Assembly: GCA_963736855.1 (NCBI GenBank)
Contig: CAVTQK010000021.1
Coordinates: 288,001 to 352,000, forward strand
Source of the DNA: an uncultured delta proteobacterium
GTDB taxonomy: Bacteria; Desulfobacterota; Desulfobacteria; Desulfobacterales; UBA2156
Direction: 5' to 3'
DNA: 64,000 nucleotides
The position numbers and the translations under genes are program-made. Of this stretch, positions 44,308 through 56,694 are shown one piece after another. Below the pieces are notes generated by a model. It was not told the DNA's origin and searched no databases. It saw only the letters and a list, made by a program, of their open reading frames with translations. Numbering within the stretch: position 1 is the stretch's first letter; every line of letters begins with the position of its first letter.

Positions 44308-45498
44308 ATGATCAATATTTTATTTGTGATGTATCACGATTTCAGAACCAGCAGCGCCATTCATGTTCATTCTCTATCCAATTCACTTCAGGAGTTGGGT
44401 TATGAGTGCAAAGTGGCTGTGCCTTCGAAAAAAGAGGATGCTGAAATGCACTTGGGAGAGGGGATATTATATGAGGCCGTCAATTTTGATGAAACATTCG
44501 GTCATCATTTTTGCTATCCCGATGGAAGAGGTCCGGATATCATTCATGCATGGACTCCAAGAGAGATTGTAAGGCTTCAGTGCAAAAAACTGAAGCAAAT
44601 ATTTCCAGAATGTAAAATCATTATACATCTGGAAGATAATGAAGAAGTTATTCTTGAACAAAATATGGGCCTTGGCCTTGATTTTTTTCAAGATGCTTCA
44701 AACGATATTTTGGACGAGATAACTCCGCCAGCACTATCTCACTTTAATTATTTCAAAGAATTCATCGCAGAATCAGACGGTATCACTCTGATTATCGATA
44801 CACTCAAAGACTTTGTGCCATCGGGCAAACCTTGGATGCGATTATGGCCCATCATCGAAACTGATACCTATCATTCTAAACAACCGGATTTATCATTAAA
44901 AAACGAGTTTGGAATCCGAAACAACGAATTTGTCGTCGCTTACACAGGAAGTGTACATCGCGTCAATTATAAGGAAGTGAGAAGTCTCTATCTTGCAACG
45001 GCATTGGCAAACCGCAACGGCATTCCGGTAAAACTGATTAGAACCGGAAAAAATGAATACGATTTTTTTAAGGGGTACGGAGAATGGTTAAAAGAATACT
45101 CCGTTGAATTGGGACGTGTGGATCGCGAAAAAATACCAAAAATACTGGGAATCAGTGACTTGCTGGTTCAACCAGGAAAAGACGATCGGTTTAACGCGTA
45201 CAGGCTTCCGTCCAAAATACCGGAATACCTATCCATGGAAAAAGCGGTTGCCGTCCCCCATTCAAACATTGGGAAAATATTAGAAGACAGGAACCAGGCG
45301 TTAATACTTCAAACCGGAGATGCATTAGATATTTTAAATGCAATTAAAGAAATAAAGACGAATGAGGAGTTGAAAAAGAAAATCGCACTGGGGGGAAGAC
45401 AATTTGCACTACTTCATTTTAATAAAAAGAAAATTACCACACAATTGTTGGATTTTTACCATTCGATAATGAATATAAATCCTGAAAAAGTATTTTAA
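44308..45498 (+). CDS. GT4-like glycosyltransferase
   Basis: YTGSV, LLVQPG and [10 protein letters not shown] motifs. Confidence 0.8.
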   Translation: MINILFVMYHDFRTSSAIHVHSLSNSLQELGYECKVAVPSKKEDAEMHLGEGILYEAVNFDETFGHHFCYPDGRGPDIIHAWTPREIVRLQCKKLKQIFPECKIIIHLEDNEEVILEQNMGLGLDFFQDASNDILDEITPPALSHFNYFKEFIAESDGITLIIDTLKDFVPSGKPWMRLWPIIETDTYHSKQPDLSLKNEFGIRNNEFVVAYTGSVHRVNYKEVRSLYLATALANRNGIPVKLIRTGKNEYDFFKGYGEWLKEYSVELGRVDREKIPKILGISDLLVQPGKDDRFNAYRLPSKIPEYLSMEKAVAVPHSNIGKILEDRNQALILQTGDALDILNAIKEIKTNEELKKKIALGGRQFALLHFNKKKITTQLLDFYHSIMNINPEKVF

Positions 45499-45526
45499 AA
45501 AATATGCGGAGAAGGATTCGAATACA

Positions 45527-46654
45527 ATGGCCAAAAGTAAACCTATTGCACTTATAACGGGAATTACCGGGCAGGATGGAGCGTATCTTGCCGAATTTTT
45601 ACTAAATAAGGGATATGAAGTCCATGGGATTAAAAGAAGGAGTTCATCATTCAACACAGCTCGGATCGATCATCTATATCATGACCCTCATGAGAAAGAA
45701 GTGATATTTCATCTCCATTATGGAGATCTGACGGACAGTACAAACCTTATCCGCATCATCCAGCAGGTGCAGCCGGAAGAAATCTATAATCTCGGAGCAC
45801 AAAGCCACGTCCAGGTATCATTTGAGACTCCTGAATACACGGCAAATGCCGATGCACTGGGGGCGCTGAGGCTATTAGAGGCGATCCGCATTTTGAATCT
45901 TGAAAAGAAAGTTCGATTCTATCAGGCTTCGACATCGGAATTGTTTGGCAAAGCACAGGAAACCCCGCAAAAAGAAACGACCCCTTTTTACCCGAGAAGT
46001 CCATACGGGGTTGCAAAGCTTTATGCGTTTTGGATTACAGTAAACTACCGAGAAGCCTATCATATTTTTGCCTGTAACGGCATTTTATTCAACCATGAAT
46101 CACCCGTAAGAGGTGAAACCTTTGTTTCAAGAAAAATTACACGTGCTGCAGCGAGAATAAAGCTCGGAATTCAAAACAAACTATACCTCGGAAACCTGGA
46201 TGCATCTCGGGACTGGGGGCATGCCAAAGATTATGTTGAGGCACAATGGCTGATACTTCAGAATGAAAAAGCGGATGATTATGTTATAGCAACTGGAATT
46301 CAGCATTCGGTTCGAGAATTTGCCGAAACAGCATTTAAAAAAGTCGGCATTCATTTAAAATGGGAAGGAAGAGGGTTAAAAGAAAAGGGAATTGCCGCCG
46401 CAATAAATACAGGAACTTCGAACAACATCAAAGAGGGGGATATTCTTATTGAAGTCGATACAAAGTATCACCGTCCAACTGAAGTTGATCTACTTGTCGG
46501 TGATCCAAGCAAGGCAAAAAGAGAACTTGGATGGGAGCCCAAAACATCATTTGAGGAGCTTGTCGCAGAAATGGTGAAAGAAGACATCAAAGAAGCGGAA
46601 AAAGAACAACTCTGCATGAGGAAAGGCTACAGTACCGTAAATCACTTTGAATGA
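45527..46654 (+). CDS. gmd: GDP-mannose 4,6-dehydratase
   Basis: [35 protein letters not shown] and RDWGHA motifs. Confidence 0.97.
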   Translation: MAKSKPIALITGITGQDGAYLAEFLLNKGYEVHGIKRRSSSFNTARIDHLYHDPHEKEVIFHLHYGDLTDSTNLIRIIQQVQPEEIYNLGAQSHVQVSFETPEYTANADALGALRLLEAIRILNLEKKVRFYQASTSELFGKAQETPQKETTPFYPRSPYGVAKLYAFWITVNYREAYHIFACNGILFNHESPVRGETFVSRKITRAAARIKLGIQNKLYLGNLDASRDWGHAKDYVEAQWLILQNEKADDYVIATGIQHSVREFAETAFKKVGIHLKWEGRGLKEKGIAAAINTGTSNNIKEGDILIEVDTKYHRPTEVDLLVGDPSKAKRELGWEPKTSFEELVAEMVKEDIKEAEKEQLCMRKGYSTVNHFE

Positions 46655-46687
46655 TTCAGATTAAAATAAGTATTCGGATAAAATTCA

Positions 46688-47802
46688 ATGAAAAAAAACT
46701 CAAAAATATTTATTGCCGGCGGTTCCGGGATGGTCGGAAGCGCAATCATTAGAAAACTTTCAAGACTTGGATATCGAAATCTGATTTCAAATTACAACAG
46801 TAAAAGACCGGGTAAAAATTTGTTTGAAGAAAAGTCCGCCTGCAGATTTGTACGGCTTGATCTCACCCGACAAAAAATTGCCGAAGATTTTTTCAATAAA
46901 GAACGTCCAGAAATCGTATTTTTTGCGGCTGCGAGGGTAGGAGGTATCTTTGCAAACAGTACCTATAAGGCGGATTTTATATATGACAATCTCATGATTT
47001 CAACAAATGTAATCCACAGCGCATATCGATTTGGCGTAGAAAAACTCCTGAATATTGGTTCTTCCTGTATTTACCCGAAGTTCTCAGAACAGCCGATGAA
47101 AGAAAAATATCTTCTTTCCGGAATCCTCGAGCCGACCAATGAACCTTATGCCATTGCAAAGATATCGGCTATAAAACTCTGCAAATATTATAATGAACAA
47201 TATAAGACTAATTTTATATCGTTAATGCCTACAAACCTTTATGGTCCAAATGACAATTTTAATTTAGAAACTTCTCATGTCCTGCCTGCAATGCTGAGAA
47301 AATTCCATCTGGGGAAACTGCTTAAGGAAGGAAACCTGGAAGGGGTTTTAAAAGATTTTAAAACATTTGAATTTGGTTTCGACTTTTCAATTCATAACGC
47401 TCTCGATGTTAACAAAGCTATCGTAGAGCTTGAAAAACGGGGTATCTCTGATGATCATGTAACACTCTGGGGAACAGGGCGTGTTTTCAGAGAATTTTTA
47501 CATGTGGATGACTTTGCCGAAGCATGCGTCTACATAATGAAAAAATATCGTCATAAGGATATTGGAGAATTCATTAACGTTGGCACAGGAAAAGATCTTC
47601 AATTAGATACGGTGGCAAAAATTGTGAAAAGTATCGTTAAATATGATGGTCTGATTCGATATAATCATACCATGCCGGATGGAACGCAAAGGAAAGTGTT
47701 AAACATCAACAGGATTAAAAAGCTAGGATGGCGTGCCAAAATATCCCTAAAGAAGGAATAAAACTCACATATCAATGGTACATTAATCAACAACGTAGCT
47801 AA
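46688..47802 (+). CDS. fcl: GDP-L-fucose synthase (indel near 3' end)
   Basis: GMVGSAI, AARVGGI, GSSCIYP, NEPYAIAK, MPTNLYGP and REFLHVDD motifs. Confidence 0.93.
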
Positions 47803-47882
47803 AAATGCATGATGCTTTCGAATTTGTGTTTTCGACTATCATTAAAATTTTATACTTTTGGAAACCACGAAGATCTTAATTC

Positions 47883-49411
47883 ATGCGTTACATTACTATA
47901 GTATCATTCAGATTGCTGATCATAGGGATTTTTATTTTATCGCTTGGATTTTTAGGATTCATATTTAAACCGTTTGAATATCACTTTCAAGGTCAAGAAA
48001 TTCCCTCAGAGGTTATCGTCAAGGGAAGAATGGGAAAATTGCTTAAAGAGCTGAATTTGCTTTTACCAATCAAAAAGGGGAACAATCCGCATCTGCTCCA
48101 GAGAAAGCAAGAAGAAACATTTTTTATTACAAATCCGGGGGAGCTGAATACTTTCCGAGCAGTGTCAATATTTCGGATGAAAAAGTTCAGGATGGATTGC
48201 CTTTACTGTCCTTGGTTGTTGAAAACAAAGATCTATATGATGAAAAAAACGGAATTATCGAGAATTACAATGAAAGAGGAAAAGAATGGGAACGGTTTTC
48301 CTACGTTTCCTATTTTGAAAATGGCCGATTGCAATTTGCCTCTGCCGTTGGCGTCCGTATTCATGGCGGAACGACCCGAAAACTGGAAAAGAAAAGTTAT
48401 CGAATCTATTGTCGCGATGAAATTGGAATGAGTCATTTTCCGGATAATCTTTTCCAGGAACCCAAACCGGGTCCGATCAGATCTCTGGTTATTCACCAGG
48501 ATCGTCCCACCGGCCTTCCCTTTACAACCTCCATTGCTTTTGACATCGCGAAAAAGATCGGGTGTGTTGTGCCTTCCTGTAAACCTGTAAAATTTTATTT
48601 AAATGGCGAACATCAAGGAATTTATTGGATTTCAGAACATCTTAGCAAAAGTCAGTGGGCATTATACTTTGGTCATGTAAATTTCTCCTTTTTTCGTTTT
48701 AAGGCTGAATCTGACCGTAAAAGCCTTAAAAATTATTTGAAACTGGTTCGATGGGCAAAGCAATTGGATCCCAAGACCCCCATTAAAGTTATCAATGAAA
48801 TCGTTGATGTCGAAAATATGACCAGGACCCTCATCGCAACCATCTTTTTAGGCAACAGCGATTGGGAACAGGGGGTTGCGGTATATAATCCGAAATCTGA
48901 AAATCCGTCTTGGTTTTGGATCATATGGGATGTGGATAAAAGTTTTCAGGATCATTCACCGGCAAGAAGCAGCAGAGAACCCTGGGAGCAGACGGGTATA
49001 CAACTTGTTCTCAGAGAAAAAAAAACAAGCATCGATGTCCGACGAATCCTGTTTCGAAAATTGATACTGAATAATTCAGAATATCTCGATTATTTCAGAA
49101 AAACGTTTACCGATATCATCAATCATGAAATAACCCCGAACTTCATCGATGAGAGATGCCGGTATTATGAAACACTTGCTGTTGCATTCAAAAATGAAAA
49201 GCCGTTTAATCCAATGATCAAAGAATTTTTAATCAAGCGACCTGAATATCTTTTATTTGATTTACAACGGCATTTAAACCCGGACGACCTGGAGATGTCA
49301 AGTTAATGGACCGGAAAAAAAATAATTCATCAGATCAATGGAAATTTGGAAAAAGCGGGTTATAGAGGCCTCTGTTATGAAAAACAAGTTTCCAAGGTTC
49401 TTTGTCGATGA
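47883..49411 (+). CDS. CotH-kinase family protein 1 with N-terminal membrane anchor, frameshifted
   Basis: GVRIHGGTTR..KKSYRIY, YLNGEHQGIY..SE, GNSDW and WIIWDVDKSF motifs; hydrophobic N-terminus. The end is approximate. Confidence 0.8.
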
Positions 49412-52400
49412 ACGAGTTCGACGATGATAATGACAGCCGGTTAATCGTTTATAATTCGGATAATAACCTACAAGTAAATATTGATCTGGAAAAGTTTGGA
49501 AGCATACGGAAACTTTACCTCGAGCCAATTGATGATTTTGCCATAATCGTAATCAATGAAATTGAAGTCCATAAACTTGATAATCAAATTTATCGAAATC
49601 CTATTTTTTCAACAAACTCCGAATTCCATGAAAATAATTGTTACTTTTTTACGAATAAGAATCCTCAAATAATTATAAATTTATTCAACAATCAGGTTCG
49701 ACGCATCGTATTTAATTTATTTTTCAAATCAATAGGGGTTGATGCTCTTTACAGCAGTATTAAAAAATTCAATGAACAAAAAATTGATGCTGATCAAATT
49801 CATCTACAATATTTTGAATTGTCAGAACGATTTAAAGCTATAGAAGAAAGATATGCCGAGAGTATCGAAAGAAAGAATATTGTATTAGAGAAATTTGAAC
49901 AAGAAATATTTGAGTCGCAACAAAAGCTTTTATACCAAACTCAACGATGCGAATCTGTTTTGAATTCTAAATCATGGGCCATCACCGCCCCGCTTCGATT
50001 CTTTAATGAACATATTCATAAGATAATTCATGAAATAAGATTACTTCTAAATATTTTAAATGGAAAATATTCCGCGATTAGAAAATCCGGATTATTCGAT
50101 ATAGACTATTATTTAAATAACCATCCGGACATCAAAAATAGAAATCTCAATCCCATCATTCATTATTTATATCATGGTGAAAAAGAGGGTCGCAAACCGA
50201 ACCCTTTGTTCGATATTCAACATTATCTGAAACAGAACCCTGACATTATTCTCTCAGCAGAAAATGCTTTGATTCACTTTTTAAGGGTTGGCTCATTCCA
50301 TGGGAAGGACCCGAATCCCTTGTTTTCTATCGCTTTTTATTGCAGCAAATATTCCGAAGTTGCAGAAGCCGGGTTAAATCCTCTCTATTACTACATCGCG
50401 CATGGATGCAAAAATGATCACAACACACACCCGCTATTTAACAGCGTGTATTATAAATCACAACTAAAAGAAAAGAATGTCGGGAATTCGGATCCATTGT
50501 CCCACTTTATTCAGAAAGGGGTTTATGAAGGAAAGGACCCACATCCGCTTTTTTCCACATTCTTTTATTGCAATAGTCATCCTGAAGTTGCAGAATCCGG
50601 ATTGAATCCTCTTGTGCATTACATCCAGATAGGTGCGAGGCTACGCTGGAGCCCCCATCCTCTGTTTGATTCCGAATACTACTGCCAACAGTTCAATGAT
50701 GCTTTAAAATTGATTTCTGATCCGCTGGAGCATTACCTAAGGATCGGATACAAAGAGAGTATTAATCCACATCCATTGTTTGATTCGGATTATTATGTGA
50801 ATCACTATTTAAAAAGTATTCGATGCGAAATGACTCCTCTAGAACATTATTTACTTGAGGGTGCTAAAAATGGTCTGAATCCTTGTCCGATGTTTGATAC
50901 TTTCCATTATTTGAGAAAAAATCCAGACGTGGGGAAAAAAGGTATCAACCCTTTATCCCATTATGTTCAAATCGGATCGAAAGAAGGACGGGACCCCAAT
51001 CCGCTGTTCAGTTCATCTTATTATTTGGGAAACAATCCCGATGCCGGTGAAGGCGACATCCCGCTTCTGCTTCACTATATCATGAAAGGATCAAAGGAAA
51101 ATAAGAGTCCTGGACCGCTATTGGATGCCGGGTTTTATTTGAAGAAATATCCGGATGTGGCCCTATCCGAAATGAACCCTTTATTGCATTATCTCGAATA
51201 CGGAATCCGCGAGGGAAGGGTTCCAAACCCTACACTCGAAGGTTTCTTAAGAAAACCTAAAATCAGCATCCTGGTGCCGGTTTATAATACCGATGCGCGG
51301 TTTCTTCATGAAATGATCCATTCGGTGATGCGGCAAATTTACCCTCATTGGGAATTATGTATTGTTGATGACGGGAGCAGCAGGGCCGAAATTAGGGACA
51401 TTCTGAAACAATATGCCGATAAAAATGAAAAAATAAAAATAAAGATACTGAATCGAAACACCGGAATATCGAACGCCTCGAATGAAGCGGCGTCACTGGC
51501 CACGGGTGAATTCATCGGCTTGTTGGATCATGATGATGTTTTAACGATGGATGCACTATATGAAGTGGTTAACGCAATCAACTGTAACCATTCAGAAATT
51601 TTCTATTCGGATGAAGAACTCATTGATGAAGAGGGTCGATCTCAGGGATCGATTTTAAAGCCGGATTTTTCACCGGACTTGCTTTTTTCGCATAATTATA
51701 TTACCCACTTCATGGTTTTCAATCGAGGACTCTTTTGATGAAGTCGGTGGATTTGATTCTCGCTGTGATGGAGCCCAGGATTATGATTTAATACTCAAGA
51801 TTTCCGAAAAGTCAAAAAACATTCATCATATTAAGAAAATCCTGTATCTATTGGCGTAAAAGCGCCTCATCTACCACTTCAAACCCTGCGAACAAAAGCT
51901 ATGCGGATGATGCCGGGAAGATATGCATTGAGAGTGCTACTCTTTATCGACGAAAGATAAACGCGGTGCGGTTTTGATGCGAATATTCCATTTTTTTATA
52001 GAGTTAAGAGAGAGATATCCGAAAATCCTCTGATCAGTATTATCATTCCGTTCAGAGATAAACCGTACTTTTTAATAACGCTGCATCGAAACCATATTAT
52101 CGGAAAATCCAGTTATTCGAACTTTGAAATTATCGGCATCGATAATGGTAGCGAACAGACTGAGACGAAATCTCTTATGGAAAATTTGGAAAAATCGGAT
52201 AATCGAATCGTCTTTTTTCATTATCCGTTGCCGTTTAATTATTCGAAAATCAACAATTACGGGGTTCCTTGGCCTCCGGTGAAATGATCTTCCTTCTCAA
52301 CAATGACGTGGAGATTCTCAATTCGGACTGGCTAGAGGCATTACTCGAACATGGACAAAGAAATGAGGTCGGAGCAGTCGGCGGTAAGCTTTATTACCCG

Positions 52401-52872
52401 AACGGAACGATTCAACATGCCGGAGTAATTGTTGGAATCTCCGGATTTGCAGGTCATTCCCACCGACATTACAAAAAAAGATGCCGAAGGTTACGGGAAT
52501 CGGCTCATGTGCATCCAGAATGTCAGCGCAGTTACGGGCGCCATGTTGATGGTTAGAAGAAAATTATTCGTAGAAGCAGGAGGTCTTGATGAAGATTTTT
52601 TGGCAATCTCTTTGAATGATATTGATTTTTGTCTGCGATTGCGGCAAAGAGGCTTTTTAAATATTTTTACGCCCTATTGCGAAGCGGTTCATCATGAATC
52701 CGTTTCGAGAGGATATGAGGAAACTCCTGAACAAAAATTTCGATTTCAAAAAGAAATCAAGTATTTTCAAAAGAAATGGGGAAAGATCCTTACCAGCGGA
52801 GATCCTTATTATAACCCGGGGTTGACACTGGAACGGGAGGACTTCTCGTTAAAAAATCGGCTAAAAATGTAA
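49377..52872 (+). CDS. Large multidomain glycosyltransferase: beta-rich N-domain, coiled coil, ten 38-aa repeats, two GT2 domains; frameshifted
   Basis: LNSKSWAITAPLR follows the coiled coil. First GT2: ISILVPVYN, VDDGS, LLDHDD, KPDFSPD. Second GT2: FNYSKINN, LLNNDVE, AVTGA, NDIDFCL, HHESVSRG, DPYYNP. The start (49377 or 49402) is uncertain. Confidence 0.85.
50095..51230 (+). repeat. Ten diverged copies of the FDxxYYxxxxPDVxxxGxNPLxHYxxxGxxEGRxPxPL repeat
   Basis: Visible in the translation with 38-aa periodicity; same family as 41083-42438. Confidence 0.9.
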
Positions 52873-52958
52873 GCACGAACACATTGATAAGATTGTGCGC
52901 CGCTAGAAGGCGGCAGGCTGGGCTCAACCGAATATTTCGTCTAGATGAAAAAGGAGAA

Positions 52959-55035
52959 ATGAGGACTATGAAACATACGGCAACTAACATCACGATTGCC
53001 TCCCGGATTTTCTTTATTATTTTCGCGTTGGTTTTGGCCGGATCCCATTCGATCGGTGCACAGAATGTGCCCCGAGAAAACGGCTTAAAAGCTAAAATTG
53101 TTTGGGCCGAAAATGACGGGAAAAATTTTCAGATATATTACAGCAGTTACAAAGACCGAATCTGGACGACAAAAGTCGCTCTGACGAATGACAATTTGAT
53201 GAATACCACGCCTGTAATCGACGTCGGAAATGATGGCGTGGTTTGGGTCATATGGTCCGTCGTTTCCGGGGCAACCAGTGATCTTTATTATTGTTTTTTT
53301 GACGGATCCGCATGGTCCTATCCATCTAAAATTCCGACCCCTTTCTCATCTAATACTTCTCCATCCGTCTTGGTGGCTCCGGATAATGTTCCCTGGGTCG
53401 TCTGGGCCGGTTTCGACGGAAAGGACGATGATATTTTCTTATCCCGATGGAATGGTACTTCCTGGGAAACTCCCTCAAGGGTCAACCGGAATGATACGGA
53501 TCCGGATATCGTGCCGACGATCTGGAAAAATTCCGGCGGATCCATTTGTGTGAAATGGTCCGGATATACGGAAAAGGCGTATCGCAACTATGTTGCTGAA
53601 TATACAGGGGAGAAGTGGAACGAAGAACGGGAAGAAACCGGCGGGGAATATCATTCGATCATGGAAAAGTTGGCCGGAGTCATGCCCGACCTTCCCGGCT
53701 TTGTAAAAAACCTGGAACTTGCGGCAGTCCATCTGGAAGTTAACGGAGAGAAGAATGCATTTCGACTCCGTGATATGATTGACGAAAACAGGGAACGGAC
53801 GCTCTCTCAAACCACTGAAACCTCTGAGCAGACTCTGGCCGGCGAGGAAATCATCATCGGATTCGGAGACAGCATCACCCAGGGGATTCCTTATGTGAAC
53901 AGTTATGGAGAAGGAAGACGCGTCGGAGGTTACGAACCCCATTTGGAAGCATTGACCCAGGGCACCGGATGGCAGACGCCAGGTACTAAATTACGGCGTG
54001 GGCGGGGAATCGACTCTCTCAGGCCTCCAGAGGATCGGAAGTGTGTTGAGTAGGTATACTGCCAAATATGTTCTTATATTAGAGGGGACGAACGATCTCG
54101 AATATTACGGTATTTCGCTTGCATCGACACTTCGCCACTTAGACGCCATGGTCGATATCAGCCGTCAATACAACGTGATACCGGTGCTTGCCACGTTGAC
54201 CCCGGATACAAAGAATTCTAGAAGAGACATCCCCACGGTCTATAATCCGGAAATTGTCCGTTTGGCGTCAGCGAAAAAAGTTCCGCTCGCCGATCAATAT
54301 ACGGCCATGGCCCCCAATTGGCATTCCTTGACGTCCGACGGGTTACATCCCAACAATGCGGGTTATCAGGTCATGGCATCAGAGTGGTTTGATACTTTGC
54401 CGGAACTAACCGCCATAACGCTTGATGCAACGGATGTGGCGGAAAGTTCGGTTGTCTTCAACGGCAGTGTCAACCCGAAAGGGTATCCGACGAGATGCTT
54501 CTTTGAATATGGATATGATGCGAATTTCGGCGGCCAAACGGCCGTAGTGGATATCGGCCCCGAAAAGACAGACATCCCTGTCAGCATCGGCGCCGACAAC
54601 CTTTCCGAAAACAGTACTTATTATTTCAGGTTGGTCGCATACAATGATTATCTCACCGTAAAAGGAAACACCCTGGCTTTACAGACTTTGGAGAGCTCTT
54701 CAGGCGGATGTTTTATCGCCACCGCGGCTTTCGGATCTTCTCTTGAATCACACGTGATCACCCTGAAAAATTTCAGGGATAAATTCATGATGACCAACAA
54801 CCTGGGGAAGCGGTTTGTTCGTTTTTACTATCGCCACTCACCGCCTTTGGCAAATTATATTTCAAAACATGAGACCCTGAAAGTGCTGATAAGAGGCGCC
54901 CTGCTTCCGGTTATCGGAGTCTGTGCTTTGGCGCTGAATTCCCCCTTTTGGCTTTTCATCGGAGTAGGGGGACTATTCTTCTTCGTCGTGTCGGGTGTGG
55001 TGGTGACGTTTTCAGCAAAGAGGCGACGTATATAA
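52959..55035 (+). CDS. Secreted SGNH/GDSL hydrolase with Trp-rich propeller-like N-domain, FN3-like domain and CFI-box-CTERM domain (one indel near 53975)
   Basis: Signal peptide. SGNH blocks [19 protein letters not shown] and DGLHPN. C-terminus [12 protein letters not shown]...LKNFRD...FYYRHSP followed by a TM helix and KRRR. Confidence 0.85.
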
Positions 55036-55185
55036 CAGGCGGCTTCTTTGTCCATACTTGCACTTCTTGCCTTTCGATCCTGGAATTTTTCAAGATAGCA
55101 ATTCCAAGAGGATCTTTTCCTCAAATCCTTTCGGAAATGGTGTGGTCTGTAAGCTAAAAACTGTCTGCCCGATGGATGAAAAAGA

Positions 55186-55887
55186 ATGGGGAGCGAATCC
55201 AAATTTGATTATGAGCTGAAATACGTTTTTAATAAAAGCGTATTAGACCTCGTTTTAGCTTGGATAAACAGCTTTTGCCTGCCGGATCCTCTCTATCTTT
55301 TTGGAAAGGTTTCGAGTGTGTACTTTGACACAAGAAACCTGCGGTTATTGGAAGAAAAGGTCAACAGCGATTATATCAAATCCAAATTCAGGATCCGATG
55401 GTATTCGACCGGCGATCCTGAATCTCCCAATGATATATCGTTTCTCGAGATCAAACATAAAATCGGAACCACGCGTAAAAAACGGAGAATAGAATGCCCT
55501 GTCTCCGGGAAATACATGGCCGGCGCGGATCTCACCGCCGATGCATATTTGGATATCGCCTCGATCCTCAGGGCAGAGGGGGAACTATTCGGGGAAAACC
55601 TCTTTCCATTGTTTCAAATTGATTATAAGCGATGGCGGTTTGTGGATCCCCGGAGCGGTATGCGACTTTGTGTGGACTGTGACATTTCAGTACCCAAAGT
55701 CAACGAATCCATATTTCCAAACCTGTTGCCGCTTTTTTTGGAAAACGGTGTTTTCGAAATCAAGGGTTCACTCGACGAACTGCCGCAAACCCTGAATCCT
55801 TTGACCTTACTGGGATGCAGAAAAGAATCGTTTTCAAAGTATAGGAACTGTTTTGAAAAATTGAACGCTTTCTACCGTTTTGCTTAG
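55186..55887 (+). CDS. VTC / polyphosphate polymerase domain protein (triphosphate tunnel metalloenzyme)
   Basis: YELKY, VSSVYFDT, KFRIRWY, FLEIKHK, YKR, FEIK and FSKY motifs. Confidence 0.88.
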   Translation: MGSESKFDYELKYVFNKSVLDLVLAWINSFCLPDPLYLFGKVSSVYFDTRNLRLLEEKVNSDYIKSKFRIRWYSTGDPESPNDISFLEIKHKIGTTRKKRRIECPVSGKYMAGADLTADAYLDIASILRAEGELFGENLFPLFQIDYKRWRFVDPRSGMRLCVDCDISVPKVNESIFPNLLPLFLENGVFEIKGSLDELPQTLNPLTLLGCRKESFSKYRNCFEKLNAFYRFA

Positions 55888-55915
55888 GCATAATAGTTTC
55901 GACAAAGGAGATGGC

Positions 55916-56620
55916 ATGGAAAAAGTTGATATGATGAAACTGTTAACAAGCTTTTCGAATCCCAAGATGGCAGAGATCGGTTTTTTACCGTTTCTATTTG
56001 TTCTTCTTATATCTTTGGCAAGCGCGTTTTTCATATCGCTCCTATATGTCTACTTCTCAAGTTCGAGTAAAACAGGAAGTAAAATACACCGAAGTTTTCC
56101 ACTACTCGCCGTTTCTATTACGGCAATATTTATTTGTATTCAATTTTCATTGCCTCTTTCTTTAGGACTATTAGGTGCGCTTTCCATTGTCCGATTCAGG
56201 ACCCCGGTTAAGGAACCGGAAGAAATCGGGTTTATTATGTTGGTCATCGCATCGTCTATCAGTTGCGCAATTTTCAATATGCTTTTCTTGGCGATCATCC
56301 TGATTATTGCTGTAATCGCAACTATTATCGTAAGATACAGCAAAGGGATATTGACGGGTAAGGCCACCGGAGGCATGCTGCTCATGAAGGTGCCCAAGGT
56401 TGAATACCGGGAAAAAAACGATGGAATTATCCATGAGATTCATAACTTGCTGCCAAAAGGGAGAATCGACGGAATCACATCAACTGATTTGGAAACAACG
56501 ATATCCTGTTCATTTTCAAAAATGAGCATCGATACGTACTTGGATATACAAAAGCGGCTTCAAACGATTTCAGAAAACGTTAAAGTGAATCTATTTTACA
56601 ATAATCCGGGGGAATTATAG
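55916..56620 (+). CDS. DUF4956-family membrane protein
   Basis: SLGLLGALSIVRFRTPVKEP signature, several TM helices and a small soluble C-domain; AGGAG RBS before ATG 55916. Confidence 0.85.
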   Translation: MEKVDMMKLLTSFSNPKMAEIGFLPFLFVLLISLASAFFISLLYVYFSSSSKTGSKIHRSFPLLAVSITAIFICIQFSLPLSLGLLGALSIVRFRTPVKEPEEIGFIMLVIASSISCAIFNMLFLAIILIIAVIATIIVRYSKGILTGKATGGMLLMKVPKVEYREKNDGIIHEIHNLLPKGRIDGITSTDLETTISCSFSKMSIDTYLDIQKRLQTISENVKVNLFYNNPGEL

Positions 56621-56694
56621 CCGGATTCTCTCAATATCATCCAAACATTTCTTTTTCCTTCTGAGTTAAATTGCTGAATTTATTGGCCGGTTTG

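Noticed and set aside
47883..52872. CotH-1 fused to the giant GT2
   Set aside because: There is an in-frame TGA at 49378-49380 upstream of the GT2 frame and a plausible own ATG at 49377. Fusion would need additional unverified indels.
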